64,000 nt of DNA from a virus, in IMG/VR virus record IMGVR_UViG_3300044492_000149, positions 5,615-69,614 of that record. One strand, written 5' to 3'. Positions within the stretch are counted from its first letter, which is position 1. The number at the start of each line of letters is the position of its first letter. Below are positions 25,273 to 36,483 of the stretch, piece after piece. Below the pieces are notes generated by a model. It was not told the DNA's origin, made no database searches, and saw only the letters and a list, made by a program, of their open reading frames with translations. Both the position numbers and the translations under genes were made by a program.

Positions 25273-28151
25273 TGGGCATTCCACAGATCTTCCCGCTGGC
25301 GCGGCTGAACATTGATCCTGAAACCGGCAAGCCGATTCAGGAAGTGATGTTCACCAACAGCAACGACCAGATGGTCGTTGTCACCGACGGCAAGACGCTG
25401 GTCGGGCGCAGCGAGACTGATCGCGGCACCTCGACTGGGATCAAGATTCAAGAGCCGCTGTTTCTTTCCAACGGCGTGCTCGGCAGCTACGGCGGCACCG
25501 GCGGTGGCGAAGCAGGGCCACCCGGGCCGCCTGGGCCGGCGGGTCCGCAAGGGCCGGCAGGTCCAGCATCGACTGTGCCGGGACCGCCGGGAGCTACTGG
25601 TCCACAGGGTCCGGCGGGACCGACTGGAGCGGCCTCGACTGTGCCCGGGCCACAAGGGCCACAGGGGCCGGTAGGGCCACAGGGCGTCAAGGGTGACACG
25701 GGTGCTGCGTCCACTGTGCCAGGACCAGTCGGGCCGACTGGGCCACAGGGCGCCAAAGGCGACACCGGCGTGCAGGGGCCACAGGGTGTCAAGGGAGATC
25801 AGGGCACGCAGGGTGTCCAGGGGCCAAAAGGCGATCAGGGGGTGGAAGGACCCCAGGGCATCCAAGGCCCTATAGGGCCACAGGGCGCGACGGGCAGCGG
25901 CATTACGATGCAGGGGTCCGTACCTACGGAAGCTGACCTGCCGGCCACCGGCAACGCCCAGGGGGACGCCTACATCGTTCAGGCTGACGACAGTTTGTGG
26001 ATATGGGACAGCTCGGCGTGGGTCTCCGGCGGTTCGATCCAAGGTCCGCCCGGGTCACAGGGTCCACAGGGCACGGTCGGCCCACAAGGTCCGGCTGGTC
26101 CACAGGGCGATCAGGGCATCCAGGGCGCGCAAGGTGTCCAGGGTCCGATCGGCGCCACGGGGGCCGATAGCACGGTGCCAGGACCGGCCGGTCCTGCCGG
26201 ACCGAAGGGCGACACGGGCGCAACAGGTGCGACGGGAGCCGACAGCACTGTTCCTGGGCCGCAAGGTCCGAAAGGTGATCCTGGCACGACAGGAGCTACG
26301 GGTCCGCAAGGACCAGCCGGTGCGACTGGAGCTACTGGTGCAACGGGTCCGCAAGGGCCACAAGGTGTGCCTGGTGTAAACGCCGATCCGAGTCTTTATG
26401 TCGCCAAGGCCGGCGATACGATGACCGGCGGGTTGGGCGTTGTTGGGCAAATCGCTAACCCGCCATCCGCTTCTGGCGTCTATAGCGGCACAGCCAGCAA
26501 CTACGGCCAGATCAAAATTATGGGCCAGACCACCACTGGCTCGATCATCGACTTCATGGAGCCTGGGGACGGGTTAGTTTTCAAAGCGCGCATCATCTAC
26601 ACCGCCTCGATCAGTACGCTTGGCATTTCTGCTCCAAACCTCTCCTTCAGTGGCCCAGCGACCTTCAACAATGCTGTGGCGATGACTGGCAACCTTACTG
26701 TCAGCGGAACGTCTACGCAGACCGGAACAGCATCATTCGCCAATGGTATTTCGCTGGGATCAGTTGCGGTTGCCAGTGGCACCGACCTAAGCAAGCACAT
26801 CAATCTCTATGGCAGCAACAGTTACGGCTTCAGCGTTACTGGCGGAACCCTGAACATTGTCGCCAGCAATGTCCTCGCAGCAACGCTGACTGGCACTCTT
26901 TCCACATTTAATGGAAACATGACTGTCAGCGGGGGAAACCTGACTGTCATCGGTAGCGCAGTCATCCAAGGTGCCCTCAATCTTGGATCAGCCAACGGCC
27001 CGACGCGCGCCCTCTCGTTGGACGGCGCGAACATCTATATGTCGTTTAACACTGCTGGTGCCGAAGGTTTTCTAATCGGCAAGGAGGGCGACAACTCTAC
27101 TGGTCGGTTGCTGATCTATAAGGCTGGCGTCTACACGATGACGATGAGCGCGGCTGGCCATACGGTGTGGTCCGGCAACATGACGGTTAGTGGCAACTTC
27201 AACACTAACCTTATCTCCGGAAGCCAGTTGAATACGACCGGCTATGTCATGCTCGGAAACAGCGATTACGGTCTTCTTTATTTCGGCAACACGGGTGGTC
27301 GTTATCTTCAGTACACAGGCGGCCAACTGAACTATGTCGGGCTTGGCACGCTCAACATGGGCGGCAATGCGATCACCGGCGTTGCTGGGTATAACGGCGG
27401 CGCGATCACTTGCACGACCATCAATACCCAAGGCAACACGATCACCGCTGGGTCGATCAACGGCACCACGCTCTCTGGTGGTACAGTATATATGCCTGAT
27501 GCTAATAACTATCTCGTCAGCGACGGCAGCAACATAATCCTGCGATCCACCGGCGGTATGTTTTTCCAAAGTGTCGGTGGCATCAATGATCGTCCGATTT
27601 ATTGCGGATCGTTTACGACTTACGGCGGCGGTTTTGCTATGGCAGCCTCTGGTGGCGGCATCGCCTCTGATGGTGTGATCCAGACGGCAGCCTACGGCCA
27701 ATGCCCAGGCGGTGGTGCTTGGCGCGACACTTCCGACGAGCGCATCAAAATTGTTCTGGGAGATTACAAGCACGGATTGAGCGAGATCCTGGCCTTGCAG
27801 CCAAAGCGGTATCTGTTCAAGGGCAACGATACAATTAAGCCACCAGCGAATTCATCTGACAAAGCACTGGAGCAGGACGCTTCGGCTCCGGTTCTGCCGT
27901 ACCGCAACTCAAATCATTACGACGCTGCTGTCGCCCAACAAGAATACGTCGGCCTCATTGCGCAAGAAGCCGAAGTGCCGATGCCGGAGCTGGTCACCTA
28001 TCACGAAGGCTACGTTGACGGCGACAAGGTCGAGGATCTTCGCATCCTTGATAATTCGGCCCTGGTCTACGCCCTGGTCAACGCCGTCAAATCGCTGGCT
28101 GCCACCAACACCGCACTGGAAGCCCGCATCGCTGCCTTAGAAGGAGCCTGA
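25272..28151 (+). CDS. Tail fibre with collagen-like repeats and C-terminal S74-type chaperone
   Basis: Long Gly-X-Y tracts; [11 protein letters not shown]; SDERIK...GLIAQE...RIAALE. Confidence 0.88.
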   Translation: MGIPQIFPLARLNIDPETGKPIQEVMFTNSNDQMVVVTDGKTLVGRSETDRGTSTGIKIQEPLFLSNGVLGSYGGTGGGEAGPPGPPGPAGPQGPAGPASTVPGPPGATGPQGPAGPTGAASTVPGPQGPQGPVGPQGVKGDTGAASTVPGPVGPTGPQGAKGDTGVQGPQGVKGDQGTQGVQGPKGDQGVEGPQGIQGPIGPQGATGSGITMQGSVPTEADLPATGNAQGDAYIVQADDSLWIWDSSAWVSGGSIQGPPGSQGPQGTVGPQGPAGPQGDQGIQGAQGVQGPIGATGADSTVPGPAGPAGPKGDTGATGATGADSTVPGPQGPKGDPGTTGATGPQGPAGATGATGATGPQGPQGVPGVNADPSLYVAKAGDTMTGGLGVVGQIANPPSASGVYSGTASNYGQIKIMGQTTTGSIIDFMEPGDGLVFKARIIYTASISTLGISAPNLSFSGPATFNNAVAMTGNLTVSGTSTQTGTASFANGISLGSVAVASGTDLSKHINLYGSNSYGFSVTGGTLNIVASNVLAATLTGTLSTFNGNMTVSGGNLTVIGSAVIQGALNLGSANGPTRALSLDGANIYMSFNTAGAEGFLIGKEGDNSTGRLLIYKAGVYTMTMSAAGHTVWSGNMTVSGNFNTNLISGSQLNTTGYVMLGNSDYGLLYFGNTGGRYLQYTGGQLNYVGLGTLNMGGNAITGVAGYNGGAITCTTINTQGNTITAGSINGTTLSGGTVYMPDANNYLVSDGSNIILRSTGGMFFQSVGGINDRPIYCGSFTTYGGGFAMAASGGGIASDGVIQTAAYGQCPGGGAWRDTSDERIKIVLGDYKHGLSEILALQPKRYLFKGNDTIKPPANSSDKALEQDASAPVLPYRNSNHYDAAVAQQEYVGLIAQEAEVPMPELVTYHEGYVDGDKVEDLRILDNSALVYALVNAVKSLAATNTALEARIAALEGA
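25514..26380 (+). repeat. Collagen-like (Gly-X-Y)n coding repeats
   Basis: GPQ/GPA/GAT triplets in two tracts. Confidence 0.85.
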
Positions 28152-28152
28152 C

Positions 28153-28482
28153 ATGGCTTACGATTTTCCGGCCAATCCGACCGTCGATCAAGTCTACATC
28201 ACCAATACGCGGATCTACATTTGGAGCGGCTACGCTTGGATTAGCTCCGGCTCGACCAACGCTGTCGAGGATGTGTTCGTCAAGAAAGACGGCGACACTA
28301 TGCGGGGAACGCTGGTGTTGAATGCCGATCCTGCCAATCCAATGGTCGCCGCCACTAAGCAATACGTCGATAACGAGATCGAAGCGTCCGTCCCATCAAC
28401 TGGATTACCCGGTCAAGCTTTGGTGAAGAACGCTAGCAATGCGCCGACTTGGGGCTACCCGATCGACGGCGGAGAGGTCTAA
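28153..28482 (+). CDS. Small tail fibre-related protein
   Basis: FPANPT, FVKKDGDTMRG, AATKQYVD motifs. Confidence 0.7.
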   Translation: MAYDFPANPTVDQVYITNTRIYIWSGYAWISSGSTNAVEDVFVKKDGDTMRGTLVLNADPANPMVAATKQYVDNEIEASVPSTGLPGQALVKNASNAPTWGYPIDGGEV

Positions 28483-28486
28483 TTCC

Positions 28487-31051
28487 ATGACGCAGACTAT
28501 TCAAATCAAGCGACGCATCACTGCCGCGGGTCAGCCGGACACCCTTGCGCCCGGTGAGTTGTTCCACAACAACATGGATAAGACGCTATCGGTTGGCGAC
28601 TCAACTGGCGTTCCACAGCTCCTCGTCGGCTCCACGCGACAGGTCGAGATCGAAGGTACACAGACGATCAATGGCGTCAAGACGATTCCGGTAGCAAACC
28701 TGAGGCTCCCTGGCGGCACCGCCAATCAATTCCTGAAGACCGACGGCATCGGCAACGTCAGCTTTGCGACCATTCCGCCGCCGATCCCGCCAATTCCAGC
28801 GACGCCGCCGGAGATGGATGCGGGCACGCGCAACGACGTTTACGGCACGCCAGCCAATACCCGAAGCCTGATCGGCGCCAGCGTCGCCACGTTGCAGACT
28901 ACGGCCAAGACCGTGGTGCCAGCCATCAACGAGTTGCAGTCAGCTATTTCCCAGATGGGCACCGGCAATATTTTCGTTGGCCAATTCAGTGCTGCCGCAG
29001 GCACTATCACCTGGACCGCAGCTTCGGGCGCCAGCGGCAACACCCTGCCGGCCCCGGTCTCTGCTAACAAAGGTTGGCAGTTGATCTGCAACGTCAGCGG
29101 CGCGGTGCCGCCCGGTGGCGCTCCGGCTGGAACGTACTCCAGCAACGATTGGCTGCTCAGTGACGGCACCGCCTGGAATCACTTGGCGTTCGGCGGTTCT
29201 AGTACAATCTTGGCAGCGAACGTCACTGTCTCGCCCGCTGTCGCTGGCGGTAACAATGTTCAGGCATCGTTGGAGGGCCTGCAGAACAACAAGGTCAATC
29301 GCGCTGGCGATACCATGACCGGACCGTTGACCGTTCCATCTTTCAACATATCTCCTCCTGCTGGTAATTATTCCGAACAGTATTTTTATTCTGGTGGTGT
29401 TGCGCGTTGGTTGCTCAGAGGCGGCGACCCGACCAACACGGCTAATCTTGAGATTCATCGCTACAATTCTGTCGGTGGGTATCTCGGCGCTGCGTTTAGC
29501 ATCAACAACGCCACCGGAGCGATAACAGGCTACGGCGCGACAACCATCAACGGCACGTTGACGGCCAGCGGCAATATCACAAGCAGTGCGGCTGTGGTTG
29601 CCTACGGTGCGGTTTACTCTGGTCAAGGCGGCGTCGGCGGCACCGTTTATCTCGGCAACACCGGCACCCATTATCTGACGTTTGACGGGACGCAATACGT
29701 CCTGGCGAATGCAAACTTGTCTACCGGCAACATCAGTTGCGGCTCGATCACAAATTCGGGCACCATGTATTTCGTCAACGGCAACAATTACCTCATCACC
29801 GACGGCACCAACCTGATCGCACGGACGATCGGTTCGTTCTACGTCCAGAATACCGCTGGTGCGCTGGGTAACTTGATTACAGGATCGGCCAATCTAGGCG
29901 CTATTATTACAACTACGATCAACATGCAGGGCAATACGCTTACCGCAGGCCCGGTCAATTGTGGCTCTGTCACGGCCACCGGTAATGTCGCTTCTTCAGG
30001 TTTTTTGAATGTTGGTTACACCACCGACTACGGCCTGATCTATTTCGGTAATACGGCTGGACGTTACATTGAACAGAACGGCGCGCAGTTTACCTTCGTC
30101 GGCGGCCGGCTCAACTGCAACAGCGACATCCACGCCGTCGGCAATCTGCACGCCGACGGCGGCAACATCTTCCTGGCCGGTCAAAACTCGCTAACGCGAG
30201 CGGCCCCATACACCAATATCTATTCCGGTGGCAACATCTGTCTCATCGCTGGCGATGCTGGCGAGCCATCGAATTACTACCGCAACTCGCGGCACATGCT
30301 TCAGAGCACGGCGGGAGCCGATTTTCTAACGGTGGATGGTTCTGGCTGCACGTCTTCTGGCTTTCTGAACGCTAATGGTAACATCACCACCAACGGCCAA
30401 TTGCGAGTGGGGGCAACCGCTGACAGCGGTCTGATCCATTTCGGCAGTACAAGCACTCGCTACATCTCGCAGAACGGTTCCGACGTTCAGTGGTACAATA
30501 TCAATTTCACCGTTCCGCAAGGTAGTCTGCGTGCCGGCGGTGCTTTGTTTTGCAACGACACCGACTTCAGCAACGGCTGTTATATCTCTGCCGGTCTCGG
30601 CTACCAACCCGGCGGCGGTTCTTGGCGAGACAGCTCAGACGCTCGCATCAAGAACATCGTTGGCGACTACGCGCACGGCTTAGATGAAATACTGAGGCTG
30701 CAACCGAAGATATTCACCTACAAAGGCAACGACACCCGCACAGAACCTTCGAACATATCTGACGTTGAAGCCTCCCTTGGTAATTCTGCTGAAAGCCAGC
30801 CCGTCGTCAGTGTGCCTTACGGCAACTCGCCGCATCACAAAGCTGCCGTGGCGGGCAAAGAATTCATTGGCCTGATCGCGCAAGAGGCTGAAGGGCCGAT
30901 GCCGGAGATGGTAGAGAATATCGTCGGCTACATCGACGGTATGTCAGTCGACGATCTGCGCAGCCTCGACACGACACCGTTGATTTTTGCCCTCGTCAAC
31001 GCCGTCAAGACGCTGGCTGCTAGGGTTGAGGCTTTGGAGACTGGGACATGA
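28487..31051 (+). CDS. Tail fibre with C-terminal S74-type chaperone
   Basis: IQIKR..P..L.PGEL N-terminus; SDARIK...GLIAQE...RVEALE. Confidence 0.85.
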   Translation: MTQTIQIKRRITAAGQPDTLAPGELFHNNMDKTLSVGDSTGVPQLLVGSTRQVEIEGTQTINGVKTIPVANLRLPGGTANQFLKTDGIGNVSFATIPPPIPPIPATPPEMDAGTRNDVYGTPANTRSLIGASVATLQTTAKTVVPAINELQSAISQMGTGNIFVGQFSAAAGTITWTAASGASGNTLPAPVSANKGWQLICNVSGAVPPGGAPAGTYSSNDWLLSDGTAWNHLAFGGSSTILAANVTVSPAVAGGNNVQASLEGLQNNKVNRAGDTMTGPLTVPSFNISPPAGNYSEQYFYSGGVARWLLRGGDPTNTANLEIHRYNSVGGYLGAAFSINNATGAITGYGATTINGTLTASGNITSSAAVVAYGAVYSGQGGVGGTVYLGNTGTHYLTFDGTQYVLANANLSTGNISCGSITNSGTMYFVNGNNYLITDGTNLIARTIGSFYVQNTAGALGNLITGSANLGAIITTTINMQGNTLTAGPVNCGSVTATGNVASSGFLNVGYTTDYGLIYFGNTAGRYIEQNGAQFTFVGGRLNCNSDIHAVGNLHADGGNIFLAGQNSLTRAAPYTNIYSGGNICLIAGDAGEPSNYYRNSRHMLQSTAGADFLTVDGSGCTSSGFLNANGNITTNGQLRVGATADSGLIHFGSTSTRYISQNGSDVQWYNINFTVPQGSLRAGGALFCNDTDFSNGCYISAGLGYQPGGGSWRDSSDARIKNIVGDYAHGLDEILRLQPKIFTYKGNDTRTEPSNISDVEASLGNSAESQPVVSVPYGNSPHHKAAVAGKEFIGLIAQEAEGPMPEMVENIVGYIDGMSVDDLRSLDTTPLIFALVNAVKTLAARVEALETGT

Positions 31052-32286
31052 CCGGAAAAGTTCAGATCCTGCGAACTGAAACTGCCAACGCCCCGCCGTC
31101 TAACTTGCTGCCGGGCGAGCTGTGCATCGAAATGGCCGTGCCGACGCGGCTCTGGGTCGGCGTTCCAAATTACCTGGATGGCTCGGGCAAGAAGCTCTTG
31201 TTCGACAGCAGCAACACCCTGAACAACTACTACACCAAACCAGAATCGGATGCTCGCTTCGTCAAGATCCCCGGCGATACTATGACCGGTACGCTGACGA
31301 TCAACGCTGACCTTCGGCTCTGGGATGCGGGTGCTACTTATTACGGCACGCTCGGCCACCGGATCGCCCGCATACCCGACACCGGGCGGCTGCTGATCGG
31401 CGGCGGCCAGGACATCATCGAGTTCGATGCAGCCAATCCTATCAAGGCAATGAACTCACTCTACGTCGATCTGGACATCACCGCCAAAGGCAACATCGTT
31501 GCCGCCAAAGCGGTGAACGCCCTGGAGTCGATGTATTGCGGCGGTGCCATCTACAGCACCAATGGCAACATCATCAGTCAGGCCGATCCGCTTTACGACC
31601 GCGCACAGTTTCTCATAACCGACGAGAACAAAGTCGTCCGAGTGGCGTTCTTCTGGCACCGCGCCGATAATCTTTTTGTCCTGCGCAACCAGTCGGCCGG
31701 ATCGAACCCTGGTATAGATTTCAACGATTTCGTTTATTATGGCGTTGGCGCTTCCATCGTCCCCGGTCTTGGCATCAACGGCCGTGCTGGCACCGCCAGC
31801 GGGTCCATCGCGTCGGTCAACAATTTTGCTTGGGACGGTGCAAACCTAGGCGCTTACGTCGACGCTACTTTCATCGGCAACGTCACCGTCAGCTCAGACT
31901 ACCGCATTAAGAAAGACGTCCTGCCGTTGCCCTCGATGTGGGCAGCCGTAAAGGCGCTTAAGCCGATCAGCTACACGCATCGGGATTTCACGTCACCAGC
32001 TGACATCGCCTATCGCGCTGATCTCGACAACGTCGCCAGGGAACGCGGCCAAACATTATCCGAAGGCGAGCAACGGACAGCACCTGCGGTAGTCGCTGAC
32101 GACATCGAACGCTGGGGTTTCGTCGCCCACGAACTGCAGGAGACCCTGATCGAAAGCGTCGCCACCGGCGTCAAAGATTCGCCTGACGTCATCCAGTCTC
32201 CTAATCCATGGCCCGTGATCGCCTCTCTGACCAAGGCTCTGCAGGAAGCGATGGCGCGCATCGAAGCCCTCGAAGCGAAAGCTTAA
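31048..32286 (+). CDS. Tail fibre with C-terminal S74-type chaperone
   Basis: SDYRIKK...GFVAHELQE...LTKALQEAMARIEALE. Confidence 0.85.
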   Translation: MTGKVQILRTETANAPPSNLLPGELCIEMAVPTRLWVGVPNYLDGSGKKLLFDSSNTLNNYYTKPESDARFVKIPGDTMTGTLTINADLRLWDAGATYYGTLGHRIARIPDTGRLLIGGGQDIIEFDAANPIKAMNSLYVDLDITAKGNIVAAKAVNALESMYCGGAIYSTNGNIISQADPLYDRAQFLITDENKVVRVAFFWHRADNLFVLRNQSAGSNPGIDFNDFVYYGVGASIVPGLGINGRAGTASGSIASVNNFAWDGANLGAYVDATFIGNVTVSSDYRIKKDVLPLPSMWAAVKALKPISYTHRDFTSPADIAYRADLDNVARERGQTLSEGEQRTAPAVVADDIERWGFVAHELQETLIESVATGVKDSPDVIQSPNPWPVIASLTKALQEAMARIEALEAKA

Positions 32287-32289
32287 TCC

Positions 32290-33537
32290 ATGACAGCAAT
32301 GTTTCCAGATTCTGGCGTCCCTCCGGCAGACGCCAGGAACTCGACTGATCCGGTAACAACAGGTTGCGACGAGCTGTGGTACTCCACGGGCCGTTGCGAG
32401 CCGCGCTTCGATCCGGCCGCTGCCAATGCCATGCTGTCCGAGTTGACTGCGCTGATCAACGCGGGCGAGGTTGTCTACAACTGTGCCTCGCTTAGTCAGG
32501 TACAGCTGGCGGTACGATATCTGATCCAGCGTGGCCTGCCAAAAGGTGCCGCTTTGGCTGGTGGACCGTTTGATTACATCTGCGCTCTTGATCCGACGCT
32601 TACCCGCTACAATGATTTCCTAACTCTGGTCGTCGTCCCTAACGCCAACAATCAAGGTCCAGTCACGCTCAATGTCGACAGTCATGGACCGGCTCAAGTG
32701 CTGCGTCCTGACGGTCAGCAACTATCACCGGCAGATCTCAAAGCCGGCATCCCGACTGTCATGACCTATTACGGCGGCTTCTGGTATCTCAGCGGCGGCC
32801 AAGGCATGCCAGGAACCCAAGGCCCTCCTGGGCCGCAAGGCCCAATGGGGCCTCCTGGATCGAGCGGCGGCGCGGGTGCGAGTGGCGGCATACCGGATGT
32901 TGTCGTGTTCTCGGTTCACGGATCTTACAACTGGAACGTGCCCGCTGGCGTCTCAAAAATCTGGGTCAGAGTCGTGGGTGCGGGCGGTGGTTCGTTTCCT
33001 GGAGGCATCCCACCGAGAATTTTTGATGTTGATGATGGACACCTTATACCCGGCTACGAAATCCAACCAACTCCTGGAGGCGGCGGTGGCGGTGGCGGTG
33101 GTTGGACCGAAGGACCGCTGCATGTAACTCCAGGTCAAGCATTCACCGTGCTCGTCGGTCAGGGTGGACTCGACGGTAACACCAATCTGGCGAACACAGG
33201 TCAGGCTGTCGGTGGCAATGGTGGCACCAGTTCTTTTGCTGGGTTCAGTGCGACCGGCGGCGGCGGCTCTGCTCGTACATCTGCTTCATTTGAAAACGGC
33301 GTCGCCCTAGGCGGCGGTAGGTCCGGCATGGGTGCTGGTGGCCCGCTTGCCGGTGGCTTAGGCCACGGTGACAGTTCTGCGCTTTGCGCTGCGGTAAATA
33401 ACGGCGGCGGCCCGCTTGGTCCCGGTCACGGCGGCGACAACGAATACAACACGACACCCGTTTCACCTCCTGGAGGAGTAGACGTGACCGGTCGTTCGAA
33501 TTCCGGCAACGATGGAATGGTTGCAATCTATTACTAG
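32290..33537 (+). CDS. Tail fibre protein with glycine-rich domain
   Basis: WNVPAGVSKIWVRVVGAGGG glycine-rich domain; short collagen tract. Confidence 0.75.
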   Translation: MTAMFPDSGVPPADARNSTDPVTTGCDELWYSTGRCEPRFDPAAANAMLSELTALINAGEVVYNCASLSQVQLAVRYLIQRGLPKGAALAGGPFDYICALDPTLTRYNDFLTLVVVPNANNQGPVTLNVDSHGPAQVLRPDGQQLSPADLKAGIPTVMTYYGGFWYLSGGQGMPGTQGPPGPQGPMGPPGSSGGAGASGGIPDVVVFSVHGSYNWNVPAGVSKIWVRVVGAGGGSFPGGIPPRIFDVDDGHLIPGYEIQPTPGGGGGGGGGWTEGPLHVTPGQAFTVLVGQGGLDGNTNLANTGQAVGGNGGTSSFAGFSATGGGGSARTSASFENGVALGGGRSGMGAGGPLAGGLGHGDSSALCAAVNNGGGPLGPGHGGDNEYNTTPVSPPGGVDVTGRSNSGNDGMVAIYY

Positions 33538-33546
33538 GGGGCAACG

Positions 33547-33783
33547 GTGGCAGACAAAACCTATGTGAGAGTGCAAAGCGGTTACGTCCACGAGCGGATA
33601 GTCCTGGACGAATCGGTCGATACCGCAACGCTCTTTCATTCGACGATTTACAACCAATTGATTGACGTGACGGCAACCGATCCGCAGCCAGACCAGAATT
33701 GGATTTACGAGAACGGAGAATTCAGACCTCCGGAAAGAAGACGCCTTGTAGAAGCCTTTCCCACTAAAGGGTCAACGCTATGA
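33547..33783 (+). CDS. Putative tail fibre assembly protein
   Basis: IDVT..DPQP..NWIYENGEFRPP motif; follows glycine-rich fibre. Confidence 0.6.
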   Translation: MADKTYVRVQSGYVHERIVLDESVDTATLFHSTIYNQLIDVTATDPQPDQNWIYENGEFRPPERRRLVEAFPTKGSTL

Positions 33784-35144
33784 CAGCGATGTTTCCGATC
33801 ACAGGCGTGCATTACACCGACGCCGAAAACAGTCTGCCCGACCCCGATACGATTAACTGCAAAGAGCTGTGGTACTCCACGTCTCGGTGTCAGCCGCGCT
33901 TCGATCCAGCGGCGGCCAACGCCGTGCTGGCGGAGCTGGTCAACACCATCAACAAAGGCGAGGTCAGCTACAACTGCGCCTATCTCGATCAATTGCAGCT
34001 GGCGGTGCGTTACCTGATCCAGCGCGGCCTGACCACGGGCACGCAGCTGCAGGCTGGGCCGTTCGATTACATCTGCTACACCGACCCGCCGCTGACTCGA
34101 TACAACGATTTCCTAACTCTGGTCGTCCTGCCGGGACAAAGCAATCAAGGCAACACCCGGATCAACGTCGATAACCATGGTCTGGTCCAGCTTCTGCGAA
34201 ACGACGGCCAGCAACTGGAGTCGCAAGATCTCAAGGTTGGCATCCCGGCGCTGATCAGCTACTGGCAGGGCAACTGGTACCACGTCGGCCTGGTGCAGTC
34301 ACAAGTGCCGATCCTCATTCGAGGTGGCGTCGATCTCTGGATCAGGACCGACGGCAGCGACGTCACGGGCGACGGCAGCGCCAACAGTCCCGACAAGGCG
34401 TTCCGAACTATTCAAGGTGCTTGGCTGAAAGCCGGCGGCCGGTATGCTGCCACGCCACTGTTCACGATGAACTTCCGGCTCGGCATCCCGGGCACTTATG
34501 ACGGCGCTAATCTCGGGCCGTTCGGTGGCAACGTCACGTTAACTGGCGACGAAAGCAATCGCAGCGCCTACCGCATCTCCAGCGTTGAGATCGGCAACAC
34601 TCGCCACGCCTCTTTCTCTTGTCAGGGTCTGAGCACGATCTCGTTCTACGGCCTGACCCTGTTGTGCGACATCGCGCCTAATCAGATGCAGTGCTTCTAC
34701 ATCGGCAATTCTCAGGTTAATATCCAAAGCGTCGATTTCGAGACGACGGTTGCTAACCCTAATGCGGCCTGGGTCATCATCGGCGGCGGCAGCTTTGCGA
34801 CGCGAAACGGCGACTTCTATTTCCGCGGCAACAACCTGACCATGGGCGCCGCTTTTTACGCCAAGGAAGGTTCTAATCTATTCATTGGCGGCAACAACAA
34901 CGGCTCCCTGCCGGTGCCGCGGTTCTTCTTCAACGACATGCAGTTGGGTGGCGGCGCGTTCTACATCGCTTCGCGTCTGGCGGTGATCCAGCAGGCAGGT
35001 CCGTCCAACGGAATAATTATGCCTGTCAACATCGTAGGTCCGCAATACTCGGTTGACACCAACTCCATTCTCACTGGCGGCGGCGTGGCGTTCCCTGGCA
35101 GTTCTGCAGGAGCAGTTTACAGCGGCGGCCAAGTCGTTCCTTAA
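33780..35144 (+). CDS. Tail fibre / receptor-binding protein, N-terminus paralogous to 32290
   Basis: Shared ELWYST.RC.PRFDPAAANA N-terminus; DGSD.TGDGS...AFRTIQGA motif before a beta-rich domain. Confidence 0.75.
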   Translation: MTAMFPITGVHYTDAENSLPDPDTINCKELWYSTSRCQPRFDPAAANAVLAELVNTINKGEVSYNCAYLDQLQLAVRYLIQRGLTTGTQLQAGPFDYICYTDPPLTRYNDFLTLVVLPGQSNQGNTRINVDNHGLVQLLRNDGQQLESQDLKVGIPALISYWQGNWYHVGLVQSQVPILIRGGVDLWIRTDGSDVTGDGSANSPDKAFRTIQGAWLKAGGRYAATPLFTMNFRLGIPGTYDGANLGPFGGNVTLTGDESNRSAYRISSVEIGNTRHASFSCQGLSTISFYGLTLLCDIAPNQMQCFYIGNSQVNIQSVDFETTVANPNAAWVIIGGGSFATRNGDFYFRGNNLTMGAAFYAKEGSNLFIGGNNNGSLPVPRFFFNDMQLGGGAFYIASRLAVIQQAGPSNGIIMPVNIVGPQYSVDTNSILTGGGVAFPGSSAGAVYSGGQVVP

Positions 35145-35156
35145 GGAGCAGATCCC

Positions 35157-35318
35157 ATGGCTACAGTCGAAGAGTTGCAGACATCGTTGGACGCGCTGCG
35201 CGCCGAGTTCGAAGAATTCAAAGCCTATGCCATGCCAGTGATTGCTGGTCATCAGCCTGGGATAGCGCCCACGGCTAGTAAGTTCGACAACCCGCCGACC
35301 CCCGAACCAAAACAATGA
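35157..35318 (+). CDS. Small coiled-coil protein (53 aa)
   Basis: AAGGAG RBS; hand translation MATVEELQTSLDALRAEF... Confidence 0.6.
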   Translation: MATVEELQTSLDALRAEFEEFKAYAMPVIAGHQPGIAPTASKFDNPPTPEPKQ

Positions 35319-35494
35319 ACATCAAGTCCGTCGCCGGCGACGTCATCAGCGGCCTGAAGGGCGAACCAATCCTCCTGGTCGTCCTGTTGTTGAATGTCAT
35401 CTTGGTCGGCGGCTTGGGTTACTTCCTGATCAAGTTTGGCGAAGCCAATGCTGAGCGCATGCAGCTGATCCTGAAAAGCTGCCTGCCAAACTAG
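35315..35494 (+). CDS. Putative holin (59 aa, one TM)
   Basis: ILLVVLLLNVILVGGLGYFLI; directly upstream of endolysin. Confidence 0.5.
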   Translation: MNIKSVAGDVISGLKGEPILLVVLLLNVILVGGLGYFLIKFGEANAERMQLILKSCLPN

Positions 35495-35505
35495 GAGTCA
35501 CCACT

Positions 35506-36483
35506 ATGCACATCGTCATCTCGTCTGGCCACAGCAAATACGTCGGTGGCGCTAGCGACATCCTCGACGAAGTGACCGAGGCCCGCAAAGTGGTCGAGGA
35601 AGTGGCCAACGAGCTGCGCCTGCGCGGCGTCGAAACGACCACGTTCCACGACAACACCTCCCATGACCAGGACACCAACCTCAAGACCATCGTCGATTTT
35701 CACAACGGTCGTAAACGCGATCTCGACATCTCGGTGCACTTCAATGCCTACGAGCACACGAACAATCCCCGCGGCACTGAGGTGTTTTACGGCAGCCCCG
35801 AGCAGTTGGCAGCCGAGGTCTCAGCAGCGATCGCCGAAGCTGGTGGGTTCATCGACCGCGGCGCTAAGGACGGCGGCAACTTGTATTTCTGCAACAACAC
35901 TGACATGCCGGCTCTGCTGATCGAGGTTTGCTTCGTCGATAGCGAGGCCGACGCCAGTTGCTACGTCATGAACTTTGAGACCATCTGTGAGTCTATCGCT
36001 GACGTGTTCGGCGATCGCGAGACGATCGAGGTTCCTGATCGACCCGAGCGGCCTGAGCCGCCCGAAGAAGTTGCCGGCGGCGAAGTGACCACGGGCAAGT
36101 GTTCTTGGTTCGGCGGTCCCGATGACGACGGCGTCGATCCTGATGAAGGTCTGGCCTTCATTTACGACGTCGATGACGCCCCGCACCTGTTCCTGCCGGA
36201 CCAGCCGAAAGGCACCACAGGGCTGGCGCGGCGGCTGAACCCCTATGTCCATTACTTCGCGATGCGGTTCGACTACGACGAGATCCCGAAGAGCGAGCTG
36301 CTCCGCCACGTCGGCCTGATCCGCAATCCCAAGACCGGCTTCGCCCTGGAGGCGTTCCCGGCCGATTGGGGACCGCACGAGGACACAGGCCGGGTGGTCG
36401 ACGTCAGCCCGGGCCTCCTGCTCGATCTTGGGCTGGCGACTGACGACGAAGTCGAAGTGATCTTCCCATACAAGGATGCATGA
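35506..36483 (+). CDS. Endolysin: N-acetylmuramoyl-L-alanine amidase (Amidase_3) plus C-terminal domain
   Basis: ISSGH, E, ISVHFNA, GTEVFY, PALLIEVCFVD motifs. Confidence 0.92.
   Translation: MHIVISSGHSKYVGGASDILDEVTEARKVVEEVANELRLRGVETTTFHDNTSHDQDTNLKTIVDFHNGRKRDLDISVHFNAYEHTNNPRGTEVFYGSPEQLAAEVSAAIAEAGGFIDRGAKDGGNLYFCNNTDMPALLIEVCFVDSEADASCYVMNFETICESIADVFGDRETIEVPDRPERPEPPEEVAGGEVTTGKCSWFGGPDDDGVDPDEGLAFIYDVDDAPHLFLPDQPKGTTGLARRLNPYVHYFAMRFDYDEIPKSELLRHVGLIRNPKTGFALEAFPADWGPHEDTGRVVDVSPGLLLDLGLATDDEVEVIFPYKDA

Noticed and set aside
25266-26450. Antisense and alternative-frame ORFs over the collagen region
   Set aside because: Shadows of GC-rich Gly-X-Y codons
24745-35144. Diversity-generating retroelement or invertible fibre cassette
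   Set aside because: No reverse transcriptase or invertase in the window; paralogous segments differ at all bases, not only adenines
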